Shown: piece by piece, positions 44,110-56,007 of the stretch
How the letters are laid out: each line of letters starts with the position of its first letter
Numbering within the stretch: position 1 is the stretch's first letter
Assembly (NCBI GenBank): GCA_025458865.1
Contig: JALORP010000002.1
Coordinates: 3,812-67,811 of the forward strand
DNA from: Steroidobacteraceae bacterium
Lineage (GTDB): Bacteria > Pseudomonadota > Gammaproteobacteria > Steroidobacterales > Steroidobacteraceae
Direction: 5' to 3'
Length of the DNA: 64,000 nt
The notes under the pieces: generated by a model
What the model was told of the DNA's origin: nothing
The model's input: only the letters and a program-made list of their open reading frames with translations
The model's database searches: none
Made by a program: the position numbers and the translations under genes

Positions 44110-46398
44110 CTACGGGTCGCCGCCGGTGGCACCGAGGTGGCGGTCGAAGAAGTCGAGGATGCTGTTCAGGCCGTGCCGCCCGGTGTCCGGGAAGCGCAGC
44201 AGCGCGTGCTTGGCGCCGGGGTAGGGCAGCACCTCGAAGCGCTTGCCGAGCCTGGTCAGCCGGTCGATCAGGAGCGTGCTGTGCGTGAAGAGCACGTTGT
44301 CGTCGGCCATGCCGTGGATCAGCAGCAGGCGCGAGCCGAGCCCCTGTGCATGCGGAAGGACGCCGGCGGCCTCGTAGGCGGCCGAGGCCTCGGCGGGGTG
44401 GCCGAGGTAGCGCTCCGTGTAGTGCGTGTCGTAGAGGCGCCAGTCCGTGACGGGCGCGCCGGAGACGCCGGCCGCGAAAGCGTCCGGCGCGCGCATCAGC
44501 ATGAGCAGCGACATGTAGCCGCCGTAGCTCCAGCCGTACACGCCGACGCGGCCGGGGTCTATCCAGGGCAGTGAGCGCAGGTAGTCCACCCCGCGCAGCT
44601 GGTCCTCCACCTCCACGCCGCCGAGCCGGCCGTGGAGCGCCGCCGCGAAGGCCTGGCCGCGGCCGCTCGTGCCGCGGTTATCGAGCATGAACACGGCGTA
44701 GCCGCGCTGGGCGAGCAGCTGCGCGAAGAGGTTGCCGCCGCGGCCGCCGAAGCGCCGTTGGACCATCTGCACGCTCGGGCCGCCGTAGACGATCACGATG
44801 GCGGGGTAGCGTCGCGCGGGGTCGAAGCCGGCCGGGCGCAGCAGCTGCCAGTGCAGCGCGGTGCCGTCGGCCGCGGGCAGCGTGCCGAACTCCGGTGCGG
44901 CGTGACGCGAGGCATGGGGCGCGTAGGGGTGTGAAGCATCGAGCGCGTTCTCGGCGATCCACGCGACGCGCTGGCCCGTGAGGGCGTGCAGCGACACCTG
45001 GGGCGGCGTCACCGGGTCGCTGCTCGTCGTGGCGAAGCGCGCGAGGTCCGGCGACATCACGACGTCGTGCCAGCGCCCGGCTTCCGTCAGGCGCCGCGGC
45101 CGCGACGGGTCGCCGCGGTCGAGGCGGGCCGCGTACAGGTGGCGCTCGAGCGGCGAATCGAGGGTCGCCATGAAGTAGATCGTGCCGCGGCCCTCGTCCA
45201 CGCCGCGCAGCGCAAAGCTTCCGTCCGCGTCCACGTCCCAGGGGCCGGCCGTGAGCGCGCGCACGAGCCGGCCGCCGTAGCCGTGGAGGTAGAGGTGGCG
45301 GTGGCCGCTCTTCTGCGAGGCCCAGATGAACTGCCGCCGCGACGGCAGGAAGCGCAGCTCGTCCTGGAGCTCCACCCAGCTGTCGCTCGTCTCGCTGAAG
45401 AGCAGCCGCGGCGCCTTGCCGTCGGCCGGCATGCGCAGCAGGTCGAGGCGCTTCTGGTCGCGGGACTGGCGCTGCACGAGGAGCGCGTCCGACTCGGGGT
45501 ACCAGTGCACGCGCGCGAGGTAGATGTCCGTCTCCTCGCCGAGGTCCAGCGCGCGGGAGCCGCCGGTGGCGAGGTCGGCGACGTGCAGCGTCACGAGCGC
45601 GTTGGCGGTGCCGGCCGCGGGATAGCGCTGGCGGATCACCTGCACCCGGTCCGCCAGCACCTCGAAGCGCTCGACCTCGGCGACGGGCGACTCGTCCACG
45701 CGCGCGTAGGCGATGCGCCGCTCGTCCGGCGACCACCAGTAGCCCGTGGCGCGGTCCATCTCCTCCTGGGCGATGAACTCGGCGACGCCGTTGCTGATGG
45801 GACCGTCGCCGTCCGTCGTGATGGCGCGCTCGACGCCGGTGGCGAGCTCGAGCACCCACAGGTCCTGGTCGCGGATGAAGCTGACGTAGCGCCCGCCGGG
45901 CGAGATCTTCGGGTCGGTCTCGTAGGCCTCGGTGGCGGTGAGCTGGCGCACGGCGGGGCCGGCGGCGCCGGGCGTGACCCAGTACAGGTCGCCGTCCAGC
46001 GGGAACAGCAGCGCGTCGCCGGCCGGCGACCAGGCGTAGTCCACGATCCCGCGCAGCGAGGCGATGCGCGCGCGTTCGCGGCGGGCTTCCTCCTCGGCCG
46101 ACAGGGCGCGCTCCGACGGCACCAGCACGCGCGCATCCACCAGCAGGCGGTGCTCGCGCCGCGCGATGTCGTAGGCCCACAGGTCGAAGGCGTTCGTGTC
46201 CTCGGCGCGCGGCCTGAGGTAGCTCGCGAGCTTGCCGTCCGGCGAAAACCTCAGCGACCGCAGCGTCTCGCCCTGCAGGTCGGGCGGGTCGAACAGCCGC
46301 TCGACGGTGAGGTCGGCCGCCGGCGCGGCCTGCGCCAGGGCGAGCGCCAGCAGGACGCCGAAGAGTGCGTGGAAACCTTTCTCAGACAGCAAGAACAC
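44110..46398 (-). CDS. S9B dipeptidyl-peptidase IV-like serine peptidase
   Basis: The product has a DPP-IV N-terminal beta-propeller region plus an alpha/beta hydrolase domain with the nucleophile motif GWSYGGYMS. The GTG at 46398 is preceded by GGAGGAG, and the signal peptide is ALFGVLLALALAQA. The alternative start is the track start at 46431. Confidence 0.87.
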   Translation of the reverse strand: MFLLSEKGFHALFGVLLALALAQAAPAADLTVERLFDPPDLQGETLRSLRFSPDGKLASYLRPRAEDTNAFDLWAYDIARREHRLLVDARVLVPSERALSAEEEARRERARIASLRGIVDYAWSPAGDALLFPLDGDLYWVTPGAAGPAVRQLTATEAYETDPKISPGGRYVSFIRDQDLWVLELATGVERAITTDGDGPISNGVAEFIAQEEMDRATGYWWSPDERRIAYARVDESPVAEVERFEVLADRVQVIRQRYPAAGTANALVTLHVADLATGGSRALDLGEETDIYLARVHWYPESDALLVQRQSRDQKRLDLLRMPADGKAPRLLFSETSDSWVELQDELRFLPSRRQFIWASQKSGHRHLYLHGYGGRLVRALTAGPWDVDADGSFALRGVDEGRGTIYFMATLDSPLERHLYAARLDRGDPSRPRRLTEAGRWHDVVMSPDLARFATTSSDPVTPPQVSLHALTGQRVAWIAENALDASHPYAPHASRHAAPEFGTLPAADGTALHWQLLRPAGFDPARRYPAIVIVYGGPSVQMVQRRFGGRGGNLFAQLLAQRGYAVFMLDNRGTSGRGQAFAAALHGRLGGVEVEDQLRGVDYLRSLPWIDPGRVGVYGWSYGGYMSLLMLMRAPDAFAAGVSGAPVTDWRLYDTHYTERYLGHPAEASAAYEAAGVLPHAQGLGSRLLLIHGMADDNVLFTHSTLLIDRLTRLGKRFEVLPYPGAKHALLRFPDTGRHGLNSILDFFDRHLGATGGDP

Positions 46399-46487
46399 AG
46401 CCTTTCTCCTCCCCTTCCCCCTTTTCCGCAACCTGTTCTCCGTTGATAGAATCCGCGCCCCCGACCCATCGACGGAGTTTATGCACC

Positions 46488-48674
<2,187 letters not shown>

Positions 48675-48710
48675 CGGGGGCACGTCGGCGCAGCGCAGCT
48701 TGTCCCCGGC

Positions 48711-48740
48711 TTTTGGTGTAAAGTCACATCAGCACCAAAA
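48711..48740. promoter_or_regulatory. 8-bp perfect inverted repeat upstream of the antitoxin gene (candidate operator)
   Basis: TTTTGGTG (48711-48718) and CACCAAAA (48733-48740) are separated by 14 nt. The repeat ends 18 nt upstream of the ATG at 48759, in a locally A/T-richer stretch. Confidence 0.45.
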
Positions 48741-48758
48741 CGCCTATGTGAGGCCGAC

Positions 48759-48998
48759 ATGAGCCGCCTGACCATCACCCTGTCCGAGGCCCGTTACAGA
48801 GCCCTCAAGCAAGCGGCCGTCCAGCGCGACAAGACGATTGGGCAGCTGATCGACGAGAGCCTCGAGTTCTACGGCATCAAGACCGAGGAAGACGCCCGCG
48901 AACTCGTGCGCCGGGCCCGGGCCCGCAGCCGGCTGTCGGGCGAGCAGGCGCTCGCGGTCGCGCAAAAACATGTCCGCGCCGAGCGGCGCAGGTCGTGA
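48759..48998 (+). CDS. ribbon-helix-helix (CopG-like) antitoxin
   Basis: 79 aa. N-terminus MSRLTITLSEARYRALKQAAVQRDKTIGQLIDESL fits a beta-strand plus two helices of RHH. The stop overlaps the start of the downstream PIN gene (GTGA). Confidence 0.75.
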   Translation: MSRLTITLSEARYRALKQAAVQRDKTIGQLIDESLEFYGIKTEEDARELVRRARARSRLSGEQALAVAQKHVRAERRRS

Positions 48999-49411
48999 TC
49001 CGAGAGCCCGTCGTCATCGACACCAACGTGGTCGTGGCCGGGCTCCTGACGGCCGACGCCGCCTCCCCGGTGGCCCGCATCCTCGACGGTATGCTGGCCG
49101 CCGCCTTTCCGTTCGTGCTGTCCGAAGCCCTGCTGGACGAGTACCGCGCGGTTCTCGTTCGCCCCGCCCTGCGCAAGCAGCACGGCCTGACCGTCACCGA
49201 GGTCGAGACGCTGCTCGTGGAAATCGCCCGGCATGCGATCGTGCTGGTGCCGGGCCGGTGGCCGCCGGCGCCCGATCCGGGCGACCAGTTCCTCTGGGAC
49301 CTGCTCGCAGCACGGCCGGATCTGCGGCTGGTCACGGGCGACCAGGCGCTCCTGGGGCACGCGCCAATGCGCTCCCGCGTCCTTTCTCCCAGGGCCTTCG
49401 TCGATGGTTAG
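48995..49411 (+). CDS. PIN-domain toxin (PIN_3-type, VapC-like)
   Basis: 138 aa. Conserved acidic positions are present: VVIDTNVVV, LSEALLDEY, DPGDQFLWDL and LVTGDQALL. Confidence 0.8.
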   Translation: MIREPVVIDTNVVVAGLLTADAASPVARILDGMLAAAFPFVLSEALLDEYRAVLVRPALRKQHGLTVTEVETLLVEIARHAIVLVPGRWPPAPDPGDQFLWDLLAARPDLRLVTGDQALLGHAPMRSRVLSPRAFVDG

Positions 49412-49428
49412 GGAGACGCAGCCCTGTT

Positions 49429-50085
49429 TCAGCGCCGCGTCAGGCGGAACGTGCTCTCGAAGAGGGACGCCAGCCCCCGCTCGCGGAAGCGCGGGTTCTC
49501 CGGCAGGCAGTCGTGGCGGCCGAGCGGCTCCACGTCGAACGCCGTGGCGTAGAGGCCCTCGACCTCAACCGGCGGCACCGAAAACGGCGGGCCGTCCATC
49601 CGCGCCTGGTCGTAGTCGACCGTGACGAGCAGGCCGCGCGCGCCGGCGGGCAGCAGTTCGGCCAGGCGCTCGACGTAGCGGCGGCGAAGGTCCGGCGGCA
49701 GCGCCACGAGCGCCGCGCGGTCGTACCAGCCGGCCACCTCGCCCAGCGCCTCGCGGTCCAGGTCGAAGAAGTCGCCGCACAGCAGCTCGTAGCGGCCCGC
49801 GCGCCAGCGCTCGAGCGCGCCGCAGGGCTCTCGAGTGGGAACGAGCTTCTCGTGCTCGAAGAAACCCTCGACCGCGATGGGCGAGAGCTCGATGCCCACG
49901 ACCGTGTGGCTGCGCGCGGCGAGCCAGGCCATGTCGAGGCTGCGGCCGCACAGCGGCACGAAGACGCGCGAGCCGGGCGCGAGCGCGAACGTAGGCCAGG
50001 CGGCGAGCAGCGCCGGGTGGTAGTCCGGCTGGTGGAAGCCGATCTGCCCCTGCTCCCAGCGCTCGTGCCAGAACTGCGGATCCAC
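49429..50085 (-). CDS. tpm: thiopurine S-methyltransferase
   Basis: FWHERWEQGQIGFHQ and VFVPLCGRSLDMAWLA are typical of Tpm. The GTG at 50085 gives 218 aa and avoids overlap with yacG. The track start at 50151 would overlap yacG by 53 nt. Confidence 0.85.
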   Translation of the reverse strand: MDPQFWHERWEQGQIGFHQPDYHPALLAAWPTFALAPGSRVFVPLCGRSLDMAWLAARSHTVVGIELSPIAVEGFFEHEKLVPTREPCGALERWRAGRYELLCGDFFDLDREALGEVAGWYDRAALVALPPDLRRRYVERLAELLPAGARGLLVTVDYDQARMDGPPFSVPPVEVEGLYATAFDVEPLGRHDCLPENPRFRERGLASLFESTFRLTRR

Positions 50086-50098
50086 GCGGGTGGGGCCT

Positions 50099-50308
50099 TC
50101 AGTGCGGGCGCGGAGGCGCGTCCGTGCATTCGCCGGCGTCCGCGCCGACATCCATCGCGGGCTCGCCGGGGATGGCGTGCTCTTCCTTGAGCCAGGCGCC
50201 GAGGTCGATCAGCCGGCAGCGCTCGCTGCAGAAGGGGCGGTGCGGGTTCGACGCGCTCCATTCCAGCTCACGCCGGCAGCTCGGGCAGCGGTGCAGCGCC
50301 GGGCTCAC
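50099..50308 (-). CDS. yacG: DNA gyrase inhibitor YacG (zinc finger)
   Basis: This is the C-terminal 69 aa of track ORF 50099..51001. The sequence CPSCRRELEWSASNPHRPFCSERCRLIDLGAWL matches YacG. The GTG at 50308 overlaps the zapD stop (GTGA). Confidence 0.85.
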   Translation of the reverse strand: MSPALHRCPSCRRELEWSASNPHRPFCSERCRLIDLGAWLKEEHAIPGEPAMDVGADAGECTDAPPRPH

Positions 50309-51102
50309 TGGCAGATCGTGAGCGTGAAAGGCACGTCGTCGGCGGGCTGCACCGGGCGGTTCATCACGCCGCACCAGCGCATGAAGCGGATGCTGCAGCG
50401 GTAGTGGCTGCCGCTGACCTCGGGGAAGAGCAGCGACTCGCCCGGCAGCTCGATGCGAAGCAGCTGGGCAGGATGGTCGCGCTCGAACACGATCTGGAAG
50501 TTCCCGCCTGGCGCGGATTCGCGCCGAGGCCGCGCGTTCTCGCGCGTCACCCACAGGAGCTCCGAGATGCTCTCGCACAGGGGCCGCAGGCGGCCGAGCC
50601 ACTGCTCGAGCTCCTGATCGCGGCGCTCCGCGGGCTGGTTCAGCCAGTGCGTGTAGTCCGGCAGGTCGAACTCGCAAGTGCCGCCGGGGATGGCGCTGCG
50701 GTGCTTGATCGAGTTCAGGAACTCCGAGTCGCGCAGCGCCTGCATGAAGTTCGCACCGGCGGCGTTCAGCTCCTCGCGGCGGCGCACCAGCGTGGCGAGC
50801 ACCGCGCGCAGGCGCGCGCCGTCTACGCCGGGGCGGTTCTGGTACTCCTTGAGCACGGCCATCTGCCGCTCGAGTTCCTTCAGCACGTCGCCGCGCGCGT
50901 CGCCGCGGCCGGTGATCGCGAGGATCTCGAGCAGGCTCGCCACCGCCGAGCGGCTCGACCAGGGGCTCGGCGAGGAGGCGTGGAACGAGGCCTGGTTCCA
51001 CAGGAATTCGAGGCGCAGGAAGGCACGCATCCGCTCATTGAGCGGCTGCTCGTAGGTCACCGGCCGGGCAACGGCCTCCGGGGACTCGGCAGGCTCGAAC
51101 AT
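50305..51102 (-). CDS. zapD: cell division protein ZapD
   Basis: 265 aa. The N-terminal YEQPLNERMRAFLRLEFL is typical of ZapD/YacF. The coaE-zapD-yacG synteny matches E. coli. Confidence 0.88.
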   Translation of the reverse strand: MFEPAESPEAVARPVTYEQPLNERMRAFLRLEFLWNQASFHASSPSPWSSRSAVASLLEILAITGRGDARGDVLKELERQMAVLKEYQNRPGVDGARLRAVLATLVRRREELNAAGANFMQALRDSEFLNSIKHRSAIPGGTCEFDLPDYTHWLNQPAERRDQELEQWLGRLRPLCESISELLWVTRENARPRRESAPGGNFQIVFERDHPAQLLRIELPGESLLFPEVSGSHYRCSIRFMRWCGVMNRPVQPADDVPFTLTICQ

Positions 51103-51195
51103 CCGGCTATTCTGCGGCAGGGGTTGGGGCGCGTAAACCGGCGATCCGGGGCGGACGGCCCGCGGCGGGGCCGCCGGGGCGGCGTGCGGCGACGG

Positions 51196-51816
51196 TCAGC
51201 CGGGGTCCGGCGCCCCGCCCGCGAGCCGTCGGTAGCGGGCGTCGAGGGCCGCCACGGCCGTCTCGAGCGCCTCGCGGGCCCCGTCGTTTTCGATCACGTC
51301 ATCCGCGACGGCGAGCCGTTCGGCCCGGCTCGCCTGGGCGGCGAGGATGGCGCGCGCGGAGGATTCGGTCCCGCCGTCGCGGGCCACGAGGCGCGCGACC
51401 TGAAGTTCCTCCGGGCAGTCCACGACGAGCACCCGGTCGACGCGGGTCTGGCCGGTGCCCTCCACCAGGAGCGGGATCACGAGCACCTGGTAGGGCCCGC
51501 CCGCCACGGCCGAACGCCGCTCCAGTTCCGCGCGGATGCGCGGGTGCAGGATGCTCTCCAAACGCCGGCGATCGGCGGGGTTCGCGAACACCCGCTCGCG
51601 CAGGGCGCGCCGGTCGAGGCTGCCGTCCGGGGCGAGCACTACGGGGCCGAAGGCCTCCACGACCTCGGCGAGGCCGGGCGTGCCGGGCGCCACCACGTCG
51701 CGGGCGATCTGGTCGGTGTCGAGCACCGCGACGCCGCGCCGGGCGAACAGGTCGGCGACGGCGCTCTTGCCGCTCGCGATGCCGCCGGTCAGGCCGATGC
51801 GCAGCACGTCGCCCAT
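51196..51816 (-). CDS. coaE: dephospho-CoA kinase
   Basis: Internal ATG at 51816. The P-loop IGLTGGIASGKS is present. The product is 206 aa and lies downstream of pilD, as in many gammaproteobacteria. Confidence 0.9.
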   Translation of the reverse strand: MGDVLRIGLTGGIASGKSAVADLFARRGVAVLDTDQIARDVVAPGTPGLAEVVEAFGPVVLAPDGSLDRRALRERVFANPADRRRLESILHPRIRAELERRSAVAGGPYQVLVIPLLVEGTGQTRVDRVLVVDCPEELQVARLVARDGGTESSARAILAAQASRAERLAVADDVIENDGAREALETAVAALDARYRRLAGGAPDPG

Positions 51817-51824
51817 GGCGTGCC

Positions 51825-52724
51825 TCAGCGCAGGCCCGAGACCGAGAGATAGCCGTCCACGATCTGCGGGCCCCACAGCATCGCGATCCAGCCGGCACCT
51901 GCCAGGTAGGGGCCGAAGGGGATGGGCACCTCGCGGCCGCGGCGGCGCAGCACGATGAGCGCGATGCCGACCGCCGCGCCGACGGCGGCCGAGAGCAGCA
52001 GCACCAGCGGCAGCATCTGCCAGCCGAGCCAGGCGCCGAGGGCCGCGAAGAGCTTGAAATCGCCGTAGCCCATGCCTTCCTTGCCGGTCAGCAGCCGGAA
52101 GGCGTGGAAAACGGCCCACAGGAACAGGTACCCGGCGGCGGCGCCGATGATGGCATCGCGCGGGTCGGCCGGCAGGGCATGCGGCGAGGCCGGGTCGGCC
52201 CACAGGCTCGCCAGCAGGCCGAGCCACAGCAGTGGCAGCGTAAGGCTGTCCGGCAGCAGCTGGTGGTCCACATCGATGCCCGTGAGCGGGACGAGGAACC
52301 ACGTGACCACCAACGCGCAGGCCGCCTCGAAGCCGAAGCCGAAGTGCCAGGCGACGGCGGCGCTCAGGAGCCCCGTCGCCAGCTCGACCGCCGGATAGCG
52401 GGCGGAGATCGGCGCGCCGCAGCTGGCGCAGCGGCCGCGCAGGGCGAGCCAGCTCACCACCGGGATGTTGTGGACGGCCCGGATCGGGGCCCGGCAGGCT
52501 GGGCAGCGCGAGCGCGGGTGGGCGAGGGTGAAGGTCTCGGCGCTCGCCGTGACGGCGGACTGTTCGTCGCCGAACTCCGCGCACTGGGCGCGCCACTCGC
52601 GCTCGAGGATGATCGGCAGGCGGTGGATGACGACGTTCAGGAAGCTGCCGACGACGAGGCCGGCCAGCAGCGCCACGGCCGTGAAGACCGCGCGGCTCTC
52701 CTCCAGCAGGCTCAGGAACTCCAC
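51825..52724 (-). CDS. pilD: prepilin peptidase / N-methyltransferase PilD (A24)
   Basis: 299 aa. The Cys-rich methyltransferase region CPACRAPI...CASCGAPI and a polytopic A24 peptidase body with GYGDFKL are present. Confidence 0.93.
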   Translation of the reverse strand: MEFLSLLEESRAVFTAVALLAGLVVGSFLNVVIHRLPIILEREWRAQCAEFGDEQSAVTASAETFTLAHPRSRCPACRAPIRAVHNIPVVSWLALRGRCASCGAPISARYPAVELATGLLSAAVAWHFGFGFEAACALVVTWFLVPLTGIDVDHQLLPDSLTLPLLWLGLLASLWADPASPHALPADPRDAIIGAAAGYLFLWAVFHAFRLLTGKEGMGYGDFKLFAALGAWLGWQMLPLVLLLSAAVGAAVGIALIVLRRRGREVPIPFGPYLAGAGWIAMLWGPQIVDGYLSVSGLR

Positions 52725-52790
52725 CTTACCCCCTCGAAAGAACGCCGCGACGAGCGCGGCGTTCCGGGTCCGGCCGACCGCCCGCGTGCG

Positions 52791-54014
52791 TCAGACGACC
52801 GCACCGAGCTTGAAGATCGGCAGGTACATCGCGACCACCAGGCTGCCGACGAGGCCGCCCAGGATCACCATGATCAGCGGCTCGAGCAGGCTCGACATCG
52901 CGTCCACCGCGGAGTCCACCTCGAGCTCGTAGAAGTCAGCGACCTTGGAGGCCATCTCGTCGAGCGAGCCGGACTCCTCGCCGACCGCGATCATCTGGAT
53001 GACCATGTTCGGGAACAGGCCCGTGGTCTCCATGGCGCGCTGCAGCCGAAGGCCCGTCGCGACCTCGTCGCGCATCTTGAGCACGGCGTTCTCGTAGACG
53101 ATGTTGCCGGTCGCGCCCGCTACGGAGGTCATGGCTTCCACGAGCGGAACGCCGGCGGCGAACATGGTGGCGAGCGTGCGCGCGTAGCGGGCGATGGCCG
53201 CCTTGACCAGGATCGGGCCGATGACTGGGAACTTCAGCATCATGCGGTCGATGAACTGGCGCATCGCGCGGGATCGCTTGTGGAAGTATCCAAAGGTGAA
53301 CGCGGCGCCGACGGCAATGATCAGCATCAGCCAGCCGGTGTCCTGCACGAAGCGCGACAGGTCGATCACCATGCGCGTGAAAGCCGGCAGGTCCGCGCCG
53401 AAGCCCTTGAACAGCTCCTCGAACTGCGGGATCACGAAAATGAGCAGGATCACCGTCACGATCACGGCGACCGCAAGCACGGCCGCGGGGTAGAACAGCG
53501 CCTTCTTGATCTTCTTCTTCAGCGCCTCGGTCTTTTCCTTGTAGGTCGCGACTTTGTCGAGCAGGTTTTCCAGCGCACCGGCCTGCTCGCCGGCCTCGAC
53601 GAGGTTCACGTAGAGGTCGTCGAAATAGAGCGGGTGCTTCTTCAGCGCCTCGTGCAGCGAGCTGCCCGCCTCGATGTGGCCCTTGATGTCCAGGATCAGC
53701 TTCTGCATCGCCGGCTTGTCGTGGCCGACGCCGACGATCTCGAAGGCCTGCACCAGCGGGATGCCGGCCGCGAGCATGGTGGCGAGCTGGCGGCTGAAGA
53801 CCGCGATGTCGAGCGGGCTGATCTTGCCGCCGCCCTTGAAGAGCTGGCGCTCCTTCTTCACCTTGACCGCGATCACGCCCTGGCGGCGCAGCTCGGCGTG
53901 GACGTCCTTCTCGCTCACGGCGAGCGTCCGGCCCTTGAGCCGGTTGCCCTTGCGGTCCGTCCCCTCCCAGACCCAGGGGAATTCCTTCTTCGCGAGTGCC
54001 GCGGCCTGCGCCAT
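52791..54014 (-). CDS. pilC: type IV pilus platform protein PilC
   Basis: 407 aa with duplicated GspF-type domains (FSRQLATMLAAGIPL and YARTLATMFAAGVPL). Confidence 0.95.
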   Translation of the reverse strand: MAQAAALAKKEFPWVWEGTDRKGNRLKGRTLAVSEKDVHAELRRQGVIAVKVKKERQLFKGGGKISPLDIAVFSRQLATMLAAGIPLVQAFEIVGVGHDKPAMQKLILDIKGHIEAGSSLHEALKKHPLYFDDLYVNLVEAGEQAGALENLLDKVATYKEKTEALKKKIKKALFYPAAVLAVAVIVTVILLIFVIPQFEELFKGFGADLPAFTRMVIDLSRFVQDTGWLMLIIAVGAAFTFGYFHKRSRAMRQFIDRMMLKFPVIGPILVKAAIARYARTLATMFAAGVPLVEAMTSVAGATGNIVYENAVLKMRDEVATGLRLQRAMETTGLFPNMVIQMIAVGEESGSLDEMASKVADFYELEVDSAVDAMSSLLEPLIMVILGGLVGSLVVAMYLPIFKLGAVV

Positions 54015-54065
54015 GTCTGCCCGCCCCGATTACGTGAAACGACCCAATGCTAGCCCGAACCGGAC

Positions 54066-55811
54066 TCAGTCAACTGTGACGCGGTTGACTTCCTCGAGAC
54101 TCGTCAGACCGTCCCGGACCTTCTTGAGGCCCGCGGTCCTGAGGTCCCAGATCCCCTCGCGCCGGGCCGCGTCCCGGATGTCCTTGGCGTTGCCGCCCGC
54201 GAGGATGATCCGCCCGATCTCCTCGGTCACGGGCATGACCTCGTAGATGCCCACCCGGCCCTTGTAGCCGTCCGTGCACTGGCTGCAGCCGACGGGGCGG
54301 TAGACGCGGAAGTCCGGGTGGTCCACGTGCTCCTCGGAGAAGCCCTCCTTGAGCGCCGCCTCGCGCGGCAGCTCGAGCGGCTGCTTGCAGTTGCCGCACA
54401 GCCGACGGCCCAGGCGCTGGGCGATGATCAGGCTCACGGAGGTGGCGATCGCGTAGGGCTTCACGCCCATGTCCACCAGGCGGGTGAGCGTCTGGGGGGC
54501 GTCGTTGGTGTGCAGGGTCGAGAGCACGAGGTGGCCCGTCTGGGCGGCCTTGAGGGCGATCTCGGCGGTTTCGAGGTCGCGGATCTCGCCCACCATGATC
54601 ACGTCCGGGTCCTGGCGCAGGAAGGCGCGCAGGGCCGAGGCGAAGGTGAGGCCCACCTTGTTGTTCACGTTCACCTGGTTCACGCCCGGGAGGACGATTT
54701 CCGCGGGATCCTCGGCGGTCGAGATGTTGGTGTCCTCGACGTTCAGGATGGACAGGCCCGTGTACAGCGACACCGTCTTGCCGCTGCCGGTGGGGCCTGT
54801 GACCAAGATCATGCCCTGTGGGCGGGCCAGGTTCTTGAGATAGAGTTCCTTCTGGAAGGACTCATAGCCCAGCGCGTCGATGCCCATCATGGCGGTGCTG
54901 GCATCGAGGATGCGCAGCACGATCTTCTCGCCGAAGAGCGTGGGGCAGGAGCTGACGCGGAAGTCGATGGAGCGGTTCTTGGAGAGTCGCATCTTGATGC
55001 GGCCGTCCTGCGGCACGCGCCGCTCGGCGATGTCGAGCCGCGACATCACCTTGATGCGCGCCGCCAACTTGGAGGCGAGCTGGACCGGCGGCTGGGCCAC
55101 TTCCTTCAGCACGCCGTCGAGGCGCACGCGGATGCGATAGTACTTCTCGTAGGGCTCGAAGTGGATGTCCGAGGCGCCCTTGCGGATGGAGTCGAGCAGG
55201 ATCTTGTTGACGAAGCGGACGATCGGCGCGTCCTCGACGTCGTCGCGCCCGACCTGCTCGGCGTCCACCTCGTCGTCGGCGGTGATGTCGAGGTTGTCGA
55301 GCTCGAATTCGTCCCCGCCCATCTCGGGCATCGAGACGTCCACCTGCTCGATGGCCTTCTGCACGGCCTTCTGCAGCTTGTCGTCCTCGACGACCACGGC
55401 CTCGATGGCGAGCCCGGTCTGGAACTTGATCTCGTCGATCGCGTGCAGGTTGGTGGGGTCGGAGACCGCCACGTGCAGCCGCTTGCCGCGCTTGACGAGC
55501 GGCAGGATGCGGTGCTTCGCGAGCAGCTTGTCATTGACCAGCCGGACCGCGTCCAGGTCCACGTTCACCGCGTCGAGGTCGAGCAGCGGGACGCCGAACT
55601 CCTGCGCCGCGGCGATGGCCACGTCGCGGGCGCTGACGATGTTGTTGGTGACCAGCCAGCTGACGAAGTGGATCTTCTTCTCGCGGGCGGCTCCGATGGC
55701 CTCGGCCATCGCGGCCTCGTTCACGAGCCCATCTTGGACCAGGCGCTGGGGCAGGCCGCCGAGGACGCTTACGCGTCCGGCGCTGCCGCCTGCCATGGCT
55801 GGTTCGTTCAT
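54066..55811 (-). CDS. pilB: type IV-A pilus assembly ATPase PilB
   Basis: 581 aa. An N-terminal T2SSE_N domain, Walker A GPTGSGKT, Asp/His boxes and a tetracysteine motif (CGNC...CSQC) are present. Confidence 0.95.
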   Translation of the reverse strand: MNEPAMAGGSAGRVSVLGGLPQRLVQDGLVNEAAMAEAIGAAREKKIHFVSWLVTNNIVSARDVAIAAAQEFGVPLLDLDAVNVDLDAVRLVNDKLLAKHRILPLVKRGKRLHVAVSDPTNLHAIDEIKFQTGLAIEAVVVEDDKLQKAVQKAIEQVDVSMPEMGGDEFELDNLDITADDEVDAEQVGRDDVEDAPIVRFVNKILLDSIRKGASDIHFEPYEKYYRIRVRLDGVLKEVAQPPVQLASKLAARIKVMSRLDIAERRVPQDGRIKMRLSKNRSIDFRVSSCPTLFGEKIVLRILDASTAMMGIDALGYESFQKELYLKNLARPQGMILVTGPTGSGKTVSLYTGLSILNVEDTNISTAEDPAEIVLPGVNQVNVNNKVGLTFASALRAFLRQDPDVIMVGEIRDLETAEIALKAAQTGHLVLSTLHTNDAPQTLTRLVDMGVKPYAIATSVSLIIAQRLGRRLCGNCKQPLELPREAALKEGFSEEHVDHPDFRVYRPVGCSQCTDGYKGRVGIYEVMPVTEEIGRIILAGGNAKDIRDAARREGIWDLRTAGLKKVRDGLTSLEEVNRVTVD

Positions 55812-55940
55812 GCCGCTCCGCTCTCCGAGCCGGAAACCCCGAATCTGAGATCCCGGAGTCTATATCAGCGGCGGAGACTAGCAATTGTCAAATCGGAAAG
55901 CGCGAGCCAGTTCTCGCTGCGCCGTGTCTGGACCAAGATG

Positions 55941-55974
55941 AAAAAAAGAGGGGGGCCTTGTGGAGGCCCCCCTC
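55941..55974 (-). terminator. rho-independent terminator of pilA
   Basis: On the minus strand the sequence is GAGGGGGGCC-TCCACAA-GGCCCCCCTC followed by T7. This is a perfect 10-bp stem lying 33 nt after the pilA stop. Confidence 0.85.
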
Positions 55975-56007
55975 GCATCGCGACCCTTGTCGCTTCGCTT
56001 CTAGAAA

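Noticed and set aside
49429-50151. Track start at 50151 for tpm (240 aa).
   Set aside because: It would overlap the yacG 3' end by 53 nt and add 22 non-conserved Arg/Thr/Ala-rich residues. The GTG at 50085 gives the canonical start just before FWHERW.
55812-56007. Possible pilin accessory gene or small ORF between pilA and pilB.
   Set aside because: The 196-nt spacer is accounted for by the pilA terminator and a putative pilB promoter region. There is no ORF of meaningful length.
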